DNA of 64,000 bases from positions 5,456,001 to 5,520,000 of the forward strand of contig OX597823.1 in NCBI GenBank assembly GCA_951406725.2. The letters run 5' to 3'. Each line of letters opens with the position of its first letter. Positions within the stretch are counted from its first letter, which is position 1. The stretch comes from Octopus vulgaris. Taxonomy: Eukaryota. Positions 10,382 to 24,110 of the stretch are shown one piece after another. The notes below the pieces were generated by a model, which worked only from the letters and a program-made list of their open reading frames with translations, had not been told where the DNA came from and ran no database searches. A program made the translations under genes and the position numbers.

Positions 10382-12039
10382 ATTTCATAAATAAAACTTA
10401 TTTCTATATCCTGTGTTGATGTATAAAGATCATGAGTTATATCCTTGATATTTAAGAACTTGATTATTAACACATTGTTAAACTCAAGTATTTTAGTACA
10501 ACACAATAAATATTGATGGAATAAACTTTCATGCATATACAGAATCAGCTAAAATGTTAGCTAAGAGTTACATATTTACAATAGCAGAAAAGCATAAATT
10601 GTATATATTTAATTTTATTGTATATAAATTGTATATAATTTAATTTTATATTTATCATGATTTAATTTGATTATTATTTTTCTTAGAAGAATACTATCAA
10701 TATTCTTAAAGTGTCATCAGAATTATTGTTAAATTGATGTCATTCATAACCCAGTGTTGTGTTTTGCACACACATTGTCTATAGGAATTTCTCTCCCAAG
10801 ACATTTTCTACTGTGAAAGTCTTTCCACATTTGAGTGTACATAAATGTGTTAAATATAATTGTTTACACATATATGTATATTATCAAGTTATGAATAATA
10901 TGTAAAAGTTAAGCTTTCCTGCTATCTTACTATGTTACTATTGTTATTTTAAGCCATAGTTAGCTCTTATCAAGCAGAACTATTAACAAAAGCATTCCAG
11001 CCATGACTAAACCATTTTTAATTCAGTTTGTCTAGGATTATATTACCCAATACCTTCTCTTTTTCTTTTTATGAAAAAAAAAGACACATTAAGGTATGAT
11101 TTGAAGGAGATTTAAACTGCTATTTCTAGCAAGTCAAGCAACTGCATTAGGCTTTCTTGTTGGTGTTTAGCTGTTTGGATATGATGGGTGAAATCTTTTG
11201 CAATGTTTTCTTCATATTTTGAAATTAATTCCACTATATTATTACCCTGAAAGACATGGTTATAGTTAAAACAAAGCTAGACGGGGAATTAACAGATATT
11301 ATGAGGAAAATGCATCATTGTAAGAACAGCCCAATGATAGGAGATTCACCATAAAATAAGCTTTCTCTTTCAAACTGGAAGAGTTAAATATCGAGTCACT
11401 TGTTTCATTTGAAGATTCTTGTGAAATTTCATTTTCATCAATACTTGGACTATGTTTTCCATTTTTTAAATGACCTAATAGCAAACCATCTATTGTTACA
11501 TAACCTTATAAGGATAAATAAAAACTATTTTTAGGTGTCAGTTCCACACAGATTTCAACTTCATCTGCTCATATTTCATCTGCTACATCATTTATGCACT
11601 TTCATGAAGACATCAATGTATGGGTGAAAATAAAGGCAAGCAGTAAAAATGATGCACATTCAAATTTTCTAAGTCTCTCTAATAACATTTTCAAATTATT
11701 CTATTTTCTCTTCCTTCATGTTACATTTTCTTAGATGTTTCAATGTATGTACTAGTTGGAGTGGTGTCTTCATCTTGGTTGTTGCTTTCACCAAAATGAG
11801 GATCCCATTCCAACTAATACATAATATGAAATTCTTCATCTCAGAAATACAGAATTGTATGTTTTGATTTCTCCTTGTATGAAAAGGAATTGTCATTGAA
11901 AATTTCACAGAATATAAAAGTTATGGTTTTCATAAAACGTTGAAAATTTAGCAAGAAAGATATCATAAAAACACTGCTTTTACCACATTTCGCCAAACCT
12001 GGCAGAGTTGTTACTTTGTCTTTCTATTGCACATTGAAA

Positions 12040-13315
12040 CATTTCTTACTTTTCACATTCTGAGTTCAAATCTTATCAAGGTTAACTTTACCTTTCGTTT
12101 TTCAGGGTCAATGAAATAAAGTACCAGTTAAGAAGTACTGAGTCAATATAATTGACTTGCCTCTCTGCCTCAAAATTTCTGACCTTATTTCAAAATTAGA
12201 AAGAATTATTATCAGGAGTATTGATATTGAATAGCCAGTGATGTATTGAATGTAGTGAACTTGACTTAGAATATGTTCTGTTTGAATTCAGTTCCATTTC
12301 ACCTATGCCAGTAATGTCTTTCAGAAAAAGGCTTTGGTGAAGGTGACAATGCCTCCATTGGATATAGTATGTCTTTTGCATATAGAGAAGGAAACAATTT
12401 ATTTCTTTGTGTTAACAGAACAAGAGGTTGATACCAGTAAACCAATTTTGCATCAGGAACTCAATATTTTGATGAAGTCTCTTTGCTTCATTTATATTTC
12501 CATTTCTTTTGAGGAAAAATGTAAATCTCATTTCAATATCATTGCTCTCACAAAAAACTTTCTGATTTTGGACCTCAAAAAGAAATCATTAGGTCAAAAG
12601 TTTTTTATACACTAATAAATAACAAGGGTTCCAAGCATAAGTATAAAATCAAGGACTTCATGGTGGATGAGGCGGATATTGTCAAATATATCAATATCAA
12701 TATTTAACTGGTAACTTATTTTTTTGATCTCAGAAAGATGAAAGGCAAAATCAATTTCAATAGAACTTAAACCCAGAATGTAAAGGTGCTTAATAGACAT
12801 TTAGTCTGGCGATCTACCATCTAATACTCTGCTAATAATACTTGTTTCTGACTTAGTCATAAAGCCATAAATTGGGAGATATCACATCCAAAAAGATAAA
12901 AGACAAAGTTGACTTCAGTGGGATTAGAACTCAGAACATAAGGAGCTGGAAGAAATAATACAAGACCTTTTTTACCTAGCCCTTTAACAATCCTACTAAT
13001 AATGATAATAATTGTTTCTATCATAGGCTCAAGGTCTGAAAATTGGGAAAAGTATTCAGTTAATACCATAAACCCCAGTACTTGGCTTGACAACAACAAC
13101 AACCTTTTCTAGTATAGGCACAAGGACTGAAGTTGTTGGGGAAGGGGATAGTCGATTACATCGACCCCAGTACTCAACAGATACTTAGTTTATTGATCTT
13201 GAAAGGATGAAAGGCAAAGTCGACCTCAGTGGTATTTGAACTCAGAACATAGCGACAGGCAAAATACCACTATGCATTTTGCCCAGTGTACTGATTCTGC
13301 CAGCTTGCTGACTTA
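12040..13315. mobile_element. Cluster of degenerate tRNA-derived SINEs (core GTCGACTTTGCCTTTCATCCTTTCGGGGTCGATAAA family) at ~12040-12195(+), 12700-12800(-), 12880-13090(-), 13105-13315(-)
   Basis: Alignable by eye to the well-preserved copies at 48765-48978 and 50709-50925. Confidence 0.75.
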
Positions 13316-13344
13316 TCAACAACAACAACAACAGTAATAATAAT

Positions 13345-15170
13345 AAAAAGCAAAAGGGTCATTAACAGATATGGAATTAGAAGAGATAAAAAGGAAAGTA
13401 GAAGATAGAAATAATACTTCACCAACAGTCAATGTTCCCAGTGAGAACAGAAAAACAGAAGGCTGCACTGAAGACGTAGAACAAAGTGTAAGTGTAAATG
13501 TATTCTCAGCAAATGATGCAAAAGTAATAGGAAGAGCTATATCACAAGAATATGTTGATGACCAACAAGACATAGTGAGGACCCTGAGCTGATATATTAG
13601 AGAAGACCAGGATCAAGCATCCTCCAACCTAAGATACATTGATCAATGCAAGCTCAAAGTTGAAACTGAAAAGATAATTCGATCCTTGGAGTATTCCAGA
13701 TGAGAAATATAACTGAAACTAAGAAGATTATTTGGGCTGCAGCTATGATTGCTGCAGATAGAGATGAATACAAAAGAATAGAACAAGCAGAGCATAAAAA
13801 ACCATACTGGCATAGGCAAATTTGTGAGAAACAAAGTTAAAAAGACATTTAGGATTGAGAAGAGGGGAATTGCAGAAGGAAAGCATATGAATAATGTTAG
13901 AAAGAGCATATAGAATAAGCGATGACTGGTATGATGTGATATTGGAAGAATTGAAACAAAGAGTAGTAGCAATCAAAGTAAAACTGGAAAAAAGACAGTT
14001 CAGGTAAAACAGATTACTTGAAACAAATCAGAAGAAAGTGTTTCAGAAACTAGATGGGCAAGTACACGTCACAATGGAACCAGATGCAGAGGAAAGCACT
14101 GCATTTTGGAAAGGGATCTGGGGCCAACCTGTAGAGCATAATGATAAAGCAGAGTGGCTGCATGAAATACACGATAGGTTAAGAAATATAGAAGTCCAAG
14201 AAAACATAAAGACATAAAGTAAGGAAATCTTGCTTGTGACAGTTAGGAATGAGGGAGTATTTAAAGCAAAGAAAAAAGGGAAAACAAAGAAAGAAGTACA
14301 AAAAGGACATGAAGAAGAATTATGCAAGAAGAGACTACACAATCAATTCCATGTAGCCACAACAGAAGTTGCTGGAAAAAATAGGTGGGATTGGCTGATG
14401 AAAGGAACCCTAAAGAAAGAGACTGAGAGTACTATACTGGCAGTGCAAAACCAAGATTTGGCCACAAACTGGAGGGTCAACCTTAGAAATGAGCAAGTGT
14501 CTCTGCTGTGCCATCTGCAATAGAGTGGATGAAACCATTGCCCATATCATGAATGAATGTCCTAGACTTGCCCAAAACCACTATAAGGTATGATGACACG
14601 ACCAGGTAGTGAAAGTGCTCCATTGGAAACTGTGTGAAAAGTGGGGGCTTGAGAGAGGCAAGATGTGGTATGAGCACAGAGAGTGGTAGAGTCAGAGACT
14701 AGCAAAATCTTCTAGGATTTCCCATTTGAAATAGAGCAGGTGTTAAAGCATAACAGACTGGACTCGGTTGTGGTGGACAAAGTGCACAGTATATGCTATA
14801 TAGTTGATGTTGCATGTCCCTTTGACCCATGAATAGTCAAGAAGGAAGAAAAGATAGATAGATACAACCCACTTACGTATGAAATAGCCTGGCTATGGAA
14901 AATGAAGGTGTAGATAGTGGCAATTATTGTTGGGTCCTTAGTAACGGTATCAGGAGGCATCAAGAGGAATATAAAGGAAATTGGAATAGAGTGCCCAGTA
15001 GAACTGTTACAAAAGGTTTGCCTCCTTGGCACGGCCAGAATAAACAGGAAAGTATTAGATAGCTGAAAAGAACAAATAGCATGGTAATGTAGGCTGCAGG
15101 TATTAAGTCCGCTATGCACACAAGACTCCAGGAGTTCCAACAAAACCTGTGATAAAGAGAAAATAATAAT
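13345..15170 (+). mobile_element. Dong/R4-like RLE non-LTR retrotransposon, RT internally deleted
   Basis: WDWLMKGTLKKETESTILAVQNQ, degenerate CCHC (C.IC...DETIAHIMNECP), RHD-like, (P)D.VVVD, IVDVACP, ELLQKVCLLGTARI; begins and ends in (TAA)n tracts. Confidence 0.75.
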
Positions 15171-15174
15171 AACA

Positions 15175-15567
15175 ATCCTTTCTACTAAAGGCACAAGGCC
15201 TGAAATTTGAGGGGAGGGGACTAGTTGATTACATCGACCCCAGTATATCAAAAGGATGAAAGGAAAAAATTGATCTCAGTGGAATTTGAACTCAGAATGT
15301 GAAGATTGATGAAATGCTGTTAAGCATTTTGCCCAGCAGGCTAACAATTTTACCAGCTCACCATCTTAATAATAATAATCCTTTCTACTATAGGCACAAG
15401 GCTTGAAATTTAGTGGGAGGGGACTAGTCAATTACATTGACCCCATTGTATCACTGGTACTTAATTTATTAACCCCTAAAGGATGAAAGGCAAAGTTAGT
15501 GTAAAGATGGATGAGATACTGCCAAGCATTGTGTCTAGCATGCTAACGATTCTGCCAGCTTGCCACC

Positions 15568-15570
<3 letters not shown>
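15175..15570 (-). mobile_element. Two head-to-tail SINE copies
   Basis: Both contain AGGCACAAGG(C/T)TGAAATTT...GGATGAAAGG...CCAGCT; same family as 48765-48978. Confidence 0.8.
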
Positions 15571-15604
<34 letters not shown>

Positions 15605-15654
15605 GAAGAAGAAGAAGAAGAAGAAGAAGAAAAAGAAGAAGAAGAAGAAGAAGA
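15570..15654. repeat. Compound (AAT)n(AAG)n microsatellite
   Basis: Direct reading. Confidence 0.95.
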
Positions 15655-16380
15655 ATATTGCTTTGTTTATTAACTACAAGGGTTGCCAAAAAGATCAAGG
15701 ATGACAAAATGCAGTGTGAGTTACATAAAAAAAGACAGAAATAACAAAACAAAAGTAAAACAAACAAAAATTTGAACAAAGAAACTATTCCTCAAAAGAG
15801 AATGACCTCCAAAGGCTATTCATGTAAGCCTCACAAAACTATGTTTATTCTGACCACTAAGGCAAGCAACTTCTTCCAATTATCTTTCTTGAAGAAGTTA
15901 ATGAGGGTCTAACTAAAGAGGAAGGTATCTGTTTTCAACCCTTCAACCTCATCCATCTTTTTGCTAAGGGCAGATGACAGATGAAATCTGCTTGCCCTTC
16001 TTGGCCAAAGAAAGCAATAGGGCAATCTTCACAATGCACTCAGCTGCTAGCTGAAGCTGTCTACATGTGATAGCAGCCGTTTGATATAACTCCACAAGTC
16101 AGCAATGCTTGGACGTTATATGAATACAAGCAGAATGGTTTCTGTGCACATCTCAAACGGGCCTGGTTGATGGCACTGTCTCTCAATGATTTTATCTTGA
16201 ACTAAAAATGCCCCAAGTAGTACTGCCAGGTTAGGGACTTTTGGCAATTATCCATGGGTCCCTGTCTGAAAATCCTCTAGAACAGACTAGCCACAATTTT
16301 CACAAAGATCCCGATTCCCTGAGAACGTGTTACTTTTTCATGCCAGCACTATTTGAACATCTTTCCAAAGGGTTGAGTTG
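15655..16380 (-). mobile_element. Degraded Tx1/L1-like LINE 3' fragment (zf-RVT region)
   Basis: Minus-strand pieces QKSLTWQY..., ETILLVFI*RPSIADLW resemble the W...LP...C..C...ET..H....CP..W zinc-finger region; heavily decayed. Confidence 0.4.
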
Positions 16381-16959
16381 AGGTGCATGTGTGTGAGAGA
16401 GAGAGAGAGAGAGTAAGTTGTTTGAGAAACATGTAGGTAAGATGATGGCAGCATATAAATACCTAAAAGTCTCTATTAAATATGGTGATAAGATTTATCT
16501 GTTGAATTTGATAGGTAAGAAATTTATGCCTTTGTTAGAGAAGCAAAGAAATTATGAGTAAGATGAGGGATCGTTGTGAAAGAAAATGACTCACAATCTA
16601 AGAGTACCCAAGATGACTTTTGTGAAAAACAAAATTCAAGGTTTTTAAAGCCACACAAAGAACTTTAAGATTCTCTCAGGATTTTGGTGCTAGAATTAAG
16701 AAAGTTCATTTGATTTGTGCTGATACCACTCATATCCATCAACAAATGAAATTTTCTGGAATATAAGTCAGTAGACATGGTATCAGTTGCATGGGTTCAC
16801 TAGCTGTGCCAAAGATTACCAAATATGGTAATATTTATGAAATGTAGATTTTATTAGAACCAGGAATGCAATGAGATCAAATCCAAAATGTGATCTGTTA
16901 CAGATATCATTATCAAGCGTATTACAAGTTAATCCTTAGACTCAGTTTTTAACAGCATA

Positions 16960-17460
16960 ACAGTGCTAATAAGATCCCTTCTTGGGACACAAAACTCTAC
17001 TTGTGAAGACCTGTTGAGGCAAGTGAGGATCAGAATCGAAATCGATCAATGGAAATTGCAGATGTGTTACCAGTGCCGGTGGCATGTAAGAGAACCTTCC
17101 GTTTCGCGACCATTGCCAGCACCGCCCCGACTGGCCTCATGCTGATGGCATGTAAAAAGCACCATCCGTTCGTGTCCGTTGCCAGCCTCGCCTGGCCCTC
17201 GTGCCGGTGGCACATAAAAAGCACCATCCGTTCGTGGCCATTTGCCAGCTCTGTCTGGCACCTGTGCGGGTGGCACGTAAAAAGCACCCACTACACTCAC
17301 GGAGTGGTTGGCGTTAGGAAGGGCATCCAGCCGTAGAAACACTGCCAGATTTGACTGTGCCTGGTGAAGCCTTCTGGCTTCACAGACCCCAGTAGAACTG
17401 TCCAACCCATGCTAACATGGAAAACGGACGCTAAACGATGATGATGATGATGATGATGAT
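16960..17460 (+). mobile_element. RTE-related LINE 3' UTR / tail-SINE with tandem GGTGGCACRTAAAAAGCACC subrepeats and (GAT)n tail
   Basis: Reverse complement homologous to 6399-6900; related copies at ~960-1050, 7400-7610, 9350-9720, 29870-30280. Confidence 0.8.
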
Positions 17461-19245
17461 AATTAGCGAGCCACATGAAACTTACACATTTTAATCATCA
17501 TTTTTAATCTGTTTTGATGCAAAATTTTACAAATTATTATAACATTGATTCATTATGCTAAAAATTTCAAATATGTCTGCATTGTCATTCCATAGTTAAG
17601 GATGTCTAAAGTGTAACATTTGAATTTGTTTTATGTTAAAGATTTTGATTATGCTTTTGATTTCATTCCATGATTTAAGGTTGTGAAAGATGTTTCACTT
17701 GACCACACAAATGCTGTGAAAAGCAGAATTATAGTTTCTGATTTAGGCACAAGACCAGCAGTTTTGAGAGGAGAGCTTTAGTCAATACCATGAGTCCCAA
17801 TACTAGTTTGGTACTTTATTTTATCGACCCCAAAAGAATGAATGGCAAATTTGATCTTGGCAGGATTTGAACTTGGAATGTAAAGTGCCAGAACAAATAC
17901 CATAAATGATTTTTTTCTGATGTTCTAACATGAGAAGCAAAATAATATATAGGTTAACAGTAACCATCAAGATTCAAGGTCCATTTTGTGCTACGATGTT
18001 AGTCATAAACACCCCATTCACTAACAATATCTAGTCATTTCCTTTATGATTCTTTGATTAATTTCCAGGAAATCTTACCTGTTCTCTTCAGTCATGTTCT
18101 CACCTGTTTTCACCTTCAGGCTTGCACGAAATATTCTTACCTATCATCATTGTTTCATCCTTGTTCATATTTTGCCTTTCTTGATTAACAATTCACATTT
18201 TTTCTACTATTAGTTTCAACTCTATTGGTCATTGTACAACACCTTCCATACACATACTTACTCATACACATTTGAATGCTAATGGAATGCACACATATGC
18301 ACATAGCACACACAACTCTCTTCCTCTCTCCCTCTCCCTCTCTCACACACATACACACACCTAAGTGTCATGTGTGTGTGTAGGTGCATGTGCACCAATA
18401 GCATTCATATATGTGTGAAAGTACATACGTGTGTATGTGCCAGTAGCCATCATTTGAATTACTCTTTGTTTCTATTTCACACACATTTTCACCATCTCCT
18501 TTCCACAATGTGACGTGTATTTTTCTTATACCACAGGAATTTATCTTTAAAATAAGAGATACTATATCTGATTCAGCTGCAGGATCCTTATCTTTTTATT
18601 TGGGGACAGAATCTAAACTCTTTGATTGGGGTATGGACAAACTTAGATTTTGAAGTAAAATAGTTGGTGAAGTATTTTCTTTCATTCCTCTATATTCACA
18701 ATTCAAATCCCATCAAGAAATGAAACATTCAATTTTGCCATTTTATCTCTCTTGAGATGATAGAATATTTATCAGCTTTAATGGAGGGTATGATTTGAGG
18801 GAGATTTGGTTCCTGTTTCTAACAGATATAAATGGCAGTCAAACACTAGTGTCAGTCCAATGGGCTGTAACCTCTCTCACAACCCTCCGAGTGAACGCAG
18901 TGTGTCCATATTTAGATATTAATAATACAAGATATGCTAAGGCAGCAAAATGACAGAATCTTTAGCACACCAGACAAAATGCTTGGCAGCATTTCATCCA
19001 TCTTTATATTCTGGGTTCAAATTCTGCCACGGTCAGCATTGCCTTTCATCCTGTTAAGATCAATAAAATAAGTTTCAGTTGAGTACTGTGCTCGATGTTA
19101 ATTGACTTAATCTCATCCCCCAAAATTGCTGGGCCTGTGCCAAAATTTGAAGCCATTATTACAAGATATGCTAAAACTGGTTAATATGCAGTTGATAAAA
19201 ATTATATATATATATATCCATACATCATCATCATCATCATCATCA

Positions 19246-19274
19246 TCGTTTAATACATATATATATATATATAT

Positions 19275-19344
<70 letters not shown>

Positions 19345-19365
19345 TATATATATATATTATATATA
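19246..19365. repeat. (TA)n microsatellite
   Basis: Direct reading. Confidence 0.95.
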
Positions 19366-19989
19366 CAGGAGTTGGACAAAATAATGGAAACTCCTAGCAT
19401 CATAGCATTATAATTTTGAAATATCTATGAAACCATCAAAAGCTTGTTTGTTTTTGTGTTTTTTGATTTATTATTAGTGTTGCTTAATATGTTTTGCTAA
19501 AATTGCTGTTTCTTTTCAAATATCATCAGAAAAGGTATTTAAAAATCATTAAAATGACAGATCTATCGGACTTTCAAAGCGGTCAAATTGTTGGTGCTTG
19601 TATGACAGGCACTAGTGTAACAAAAACAACCAAGCTGTTTGGTGTATCAAGAAGTACTGTCTCAAAAGTAATGGCAACCTTTGAGAAAGAAGGAAAAACC
19701 TCCTCGTCAAAACAAAATTCCGGAAGAAAACCAAAACTTTCAGATAGGGACCGTCAGACTCTCTTACATGAATTGTTAGAAAGGATCACAAAAGTACAGC
19801 TCCCAAAATTACTGCTGAGCTTAATGACCACCTCAAGAACCCAGTTTCCACAAAATCTGTTTGCCGGGAGCTGCATGAAGCCAGATTTCACGGGCTGCAT
19901 TCAGAAAATCATTATTTTCAAAAACAAACATTGCAAAGCATTTAGAGTGGAATAAAAACCGACAGAATTGGTCCCTAGAGCAGTGGAAG
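19366..19989 (+). mobile_element. Tc1-family DNA transposon, 5' half only
   Basis: TA|CAGGAGTTGGACAAAATAATGGAAAC left TIR. Transposase from ATG 19554 (MTDLSDFQSGQIVG...VSRSTVS...SGRKPKLS.RD; paired HTH plus GRPR-like motif), frameshifted and truncated before the DDE domain. Confidence 0.85.
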
Positions 19990-20696
19990 AGTGGATAGGG
20001 AATGGAAAAACACCAGCAATGAATCAATCAGATTTTTAAAAGAAGAGCTACCCATAGATCGATTTCTGGCTTAGGGAAGCAATTTCCCCCTGCTGTCTTC
20101 AGTATGGGATACCAAAAGAATATACATGTAGATATTTATACATATCATATGATCAAGTTATATCCACACCAATATGTTCATACATCTACACATATATACT
20201 ATTTAAATCTAATTCCTTCACCACAAACCATGTGCATTTATGATCAAAATAAATACTGCAGTAAATATAAATTGATCAGGAGTACTTATACATATTTATT
20301 TATAATTAATTAATTAATGAAGGATAAAGCCATTTAATGATTCTATCAAGTGGCCAGCATGTTAATTCCATTTAGGTTAATATTTATCCTGATGTATAAT
20401 TATATAATTATAGCAAACAAATGTGGATAAGCACACCAACATACTTGAAATAGATGCTAATAGCTCTATAAATCACATATTGTTTTAGCACAGGTTGAAA
20501 GCAGGCTAGTGAGTTCCTGTGGATATAACTTATTCATATGGTATGTATAAATCTCTACATGTATATTCTTTTGGCATCCCATACAGAAAACAGCAGGAGC
20601 AAATTGCTTCCCTAAGCCAGAAATCAATCTATGGGTAACCCTTCTTTTAAAAATCTCATTGATTCACTGCTGGTGTTTCTTCTTGCCCTATCCACT
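19990..20696. mobile_element. Foldback/MITE with ~178-bp imperfect terminal inverted repeats
   Basis: 19990-20167 (AGTGGATAGGG...AAGTTATATCCAC) is the reverse complement of 20519-20696 (GTGGATATAACTT...CCCTATCCACT), with scattered mismatches. Confidence 0.85.
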
Positions 20697-20967
20697 GTCT
20701 TCAGCACTTAACATTTTTATAGAGAACCCATTTCTCGTCACCAGTCGCTATTCAGTCCAAAAAAGGTTCATTTGTGAGACGTGACAGCAAAGAAACACAC
20801 ATTCACTCTCTGCACATGATTAGACTTGGAAAATTTGTATGGTTAAATTAAATTAAATTTGCCAGAACAGACGAGAGAGGTGAGAGACTATCCATACAAG
20901 GGAAATACAACATGACTTGCATAGACCTAAAAGAGTTCTACTTTAAATTGAATTTTCTTACCTTTAA

Positions 20968-21186
20968 CCCTTTAGTATTTAAACCGGCCATATCCGGCCA
21001 AAATAGCTAATCTGTTTTATGTTCAAACTAACCAGATCCAGGCTCTCACACCTACCTTACAATGTTATTCTACATTAAGTAATTATACCATCAAGATCTT
21101 GAAGATATGAGATAATGCATGATTAATTCAAATCAATGGGAATCAATAAGCATTATGTTTGATAGAATAATCTGAACACTAAAGGG
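20968..21186. mobile_element. piggyBac-type MITE
   Basis: TTAA|CCCTTTAGT ... ACTAAAGGG|TTAA: TTAA target duplication and CCC/GGG ends. Confidence 0.85.
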
Positions 21187-21910
21187 TTAAATAACTGTTG
21201 GTCAAAAAGGTTCTAAAATCTGTTTGGTGGGAAAACTTGCATGCTTTCTATGAAGTTGCTGCCTTTGTCATAAATAAGTCAGCCAGTGCCGATAGTCAGA
21301 CCATATTTTCTTGGTGCTAATTCTTTTTATGACAACTCTTTTCATTTCATGGAAAATACAGAGGTCTTGATTCTAGACAGGAAAAAACTGAGAACTATGG
21401 TTCAAATCTTGGCTTGGTTCCCACTACAAGTCCACATGTTTTTGTCATGGAAAAGTTAGCTGCTTCATTGAAGTATAATGCTTCAGAAGCAATTCTTTTA
21501 CTAAATTTATCACAAATGGAACCAAACCAAAACAATTTTCTTCAATATTTCTCTTGTATTTCTTCATTTTCAGTTGATATCCATCTTTGAAAATCTTAAA
21601 TGTTTCAATCCATCCATTATCATGTTCTCAATTATTACATTTTGTTTCCCATTTACAGCCATAAAATAAAACATTTGCTGATCTCTTTTGTAAATGATCA
21701 ATTAAAACTTGTTCAGCTGTGAAAGAAATCTGTAACTTTCTAACCAAGATTTTAGAAGACATTCTAAATAGAGTTATGTCAGAATGTTTCTTACAGTCTT
21801 TGGTGTGTTTCTTGCAGTCTATTCATATCATTACTTTAATTCTTTCCTTTTTTTTTTCCTGTCACAGACCATCATTTATTTCCTCATATAAGATCTGCTG
21901 TTGTGCTACA

Positions 21911-22170
21911 TTTTGATCTTAGCAAAAAAAGCTGAAGATCTGTATAAAAATATAGGATTGGTAGATAATAAGAAAATATGCAGCCCTATTACCCACTGCA
22001 TTTCACCACTGCCACATTTTGTTTTTATATAAACTAAAGTAAGGTTAAGATCTTTTTTATTTTGATCTTAGCAAAAAAATAAAGAAAGAAAGAACTGCAG
22101 TAAAAATACAGGATTGGTAGACATCAAGAAAACATGCAGTACTATTATCCATTGCATTTCATCAGTCCCT
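21911..22170. repeat. Diverged direct duplication (~100-bp unit)
   Basis: TTTTGATCTTAGCAAAAAAA...AGGATTGGTAGA...ATGCAG..CTATTA.CCA.TGCATTTCA occurs at ~21911 and ~22060. Confidence 0.7.
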
Positions 22171-22349
22171 ACCAATGTTTCAGGGCTAGGAGATAAACAG
22201 CTGAAGGTCATTCATATTTCTCATGACCTGGTATGCATTCACAAGCATTTATAGCCATGTTTACAGCACAAACATTGTGTGACATACATCAATTCATCTT
22301 CTTCCACACTATATTAATGCTGGGTCTTTAACCAATATAAGAAACCATT

Positions 22350-23350
22350 ATTATTATTTGGTAATTTTCATTTTTATCACATGCTTTCACTGCACTACCA
22401 AGTGCAGTTCTGTGTGCCTCAGGTATGTGCTGTGGTTTGTTTTGGTGTTGTTATATTCACTGTATTGAAAGTGCTTTATGTAGATGTGTGCAGTGCCTAG
22501 TAGTGATATATATATATATATATATAAATTCATGCTATTTTCTGTATGTTATATATATTAATTTATTTTCAAGATGTTATATGTATTCATGAAGGTAGCA
22601 AGCTGGTAGAATCATTAGCATGCTGAACAGAAGGCTTACCAGTGTTTCATCCATCTTCATGTTCTGAGTTCAAATTCTATGGAGGTCAACTTTGTCTTTC
22701 ATCCTTTTGGGGTCAATAAAATAAATAAGTACTAGCTGAGATTTTTTCTGGGATATGCCTGTCATCTCTTTTCTGTTATCGTTCCATAGCATTGGCATAG
22801 CTTCCAGCATATATAGGTCTCAACTCTGTTGTGTCTGTGGATATATTCCTTTTTAGCCAGGACTGGGAAAATATGATTTATTGCTTCTTCCCCATCACCA
22901 CATATTCTGCAGTTACTTGTATTTTCCTTCATAATGTGTTTCGGTGGTTTCTGGTGGGGAGGCTTTGATCTTGTGCTATAATTAAAAATCCTTATCTCTG
23001 CTTTGAGTCCTGAGTTTCTCAACCATTGTTGAGATTTCACTTATTTGTTTAACATATCCCATTATTTGCCATCTAAGGGTTTTTCTTGCTATCGTTTTAC
23101 ACGGTATTTTGTTGTTCCAGTTTTAGTTTAGATTTCAGTTGCTTCACAATTTTTGTTATTTCCTCTTTTTCTCCATAGTTGTCAGGTACAATGACTTCTT
23201 TCTTGTATTTTTCGGCTTTCTTAAAAACAAAAAAAACAGTTTCTCATTTTACTCATGTTTTGTGGCTATGTGTACCAGTTTTCCTTGCTTCTGAGTTAGA
23301 TATTTCTGCAATCCTATGGTGGTTGTTTTATAGTAGTTTTCTCATTGTAT
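22350..23350 (-). mobile_element. Dong/R4-like LINE 3' fragment interrupted by a SINE (~22590-22740)
   Basis: QQWLRNSGLKAE, CRICGDGEEAINHI, EYIHRHN, LLGTAH. Confidence 0.7.
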
Positions 23351-23599
23351 AAGGCCTCTACTGCCTTCACCTTGAAAATCATCACCCTTATTGCAGCCCC
23401 TATTTGTTCCATGTACTCCTTATTTCAGTCCCTATTTGTTCCATCATCATTATTATCATTATTTACTTTTAATTTGCATGTTTGTTACAATCACTTGCCG
23501 AGACACACCCAGCATCCTAGGGTGGGTGAAGGATAAGAGATGTTACAGTATTACTAAAAGCTTGGGGAGAAGAAGTGGCAGGGGCAGTAGTGAAATATT

Positions 23600-24110
23600 T
23601 TCATGTAATACAACACCGACATTTAAAATGGCTTTTCTAAGGATGTGGGCAGTAGTTGTCAGCACAATCTTTTGAACTTCTCTGAGACATGGTTCTCCTG
23701 GGATGTTATCTAGATGTTTCTGACATCTCTTTTTTATCATACCTAGGGCACCTACAATAACAGGAACAGTTCTCGTTTTATGATGCCACATCTTTTGTAT
23801 TTCAATTTCCAGGTCCTTATCTTTACTCAATTTGTCAAATTCCTTTACAGATATATTTTTATCAGTGGGAACATTTACATCTATTAGTCTACAAGTATTT
23901 TCTTCTCTGTCTTGAAAAATTATATCTGGTCGATTAGCCTGGATCCTTCTGTTGGTGTTGACTATAAAAATTCCAGAGGAGAGTGACGTTTTTACCTTCA
24001 ATGACTGGCTCAGGATGATGCTCATACCAGTAAGCAGAAGTGCTAATTTTGTAGTGTTTATATATTTTCCAATGTGAATACTGTCATACTTTATCGTGGC
24101 AATTATTATT
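23600..24110 (-). mobile_element. Dong/R4-like LINE restriction-like endonuclease fragment
   Basis: ORF 23543..24025: ANRPDIIF...LIDVNVP...KEFDKLSK.KDL..EI..MW...VPVIVGALG...QK..L.TTAHILRK (PD-(D/E)xK RLE). Confidence 0.8.

Noticed and set aside
19113-19413. Poly-IY, poly-I, poly-N/K and HT-repeat ORFs here and at ~6288, 15483, 33114, 36448, 52176
   Set aside because: Microsatellite translations.
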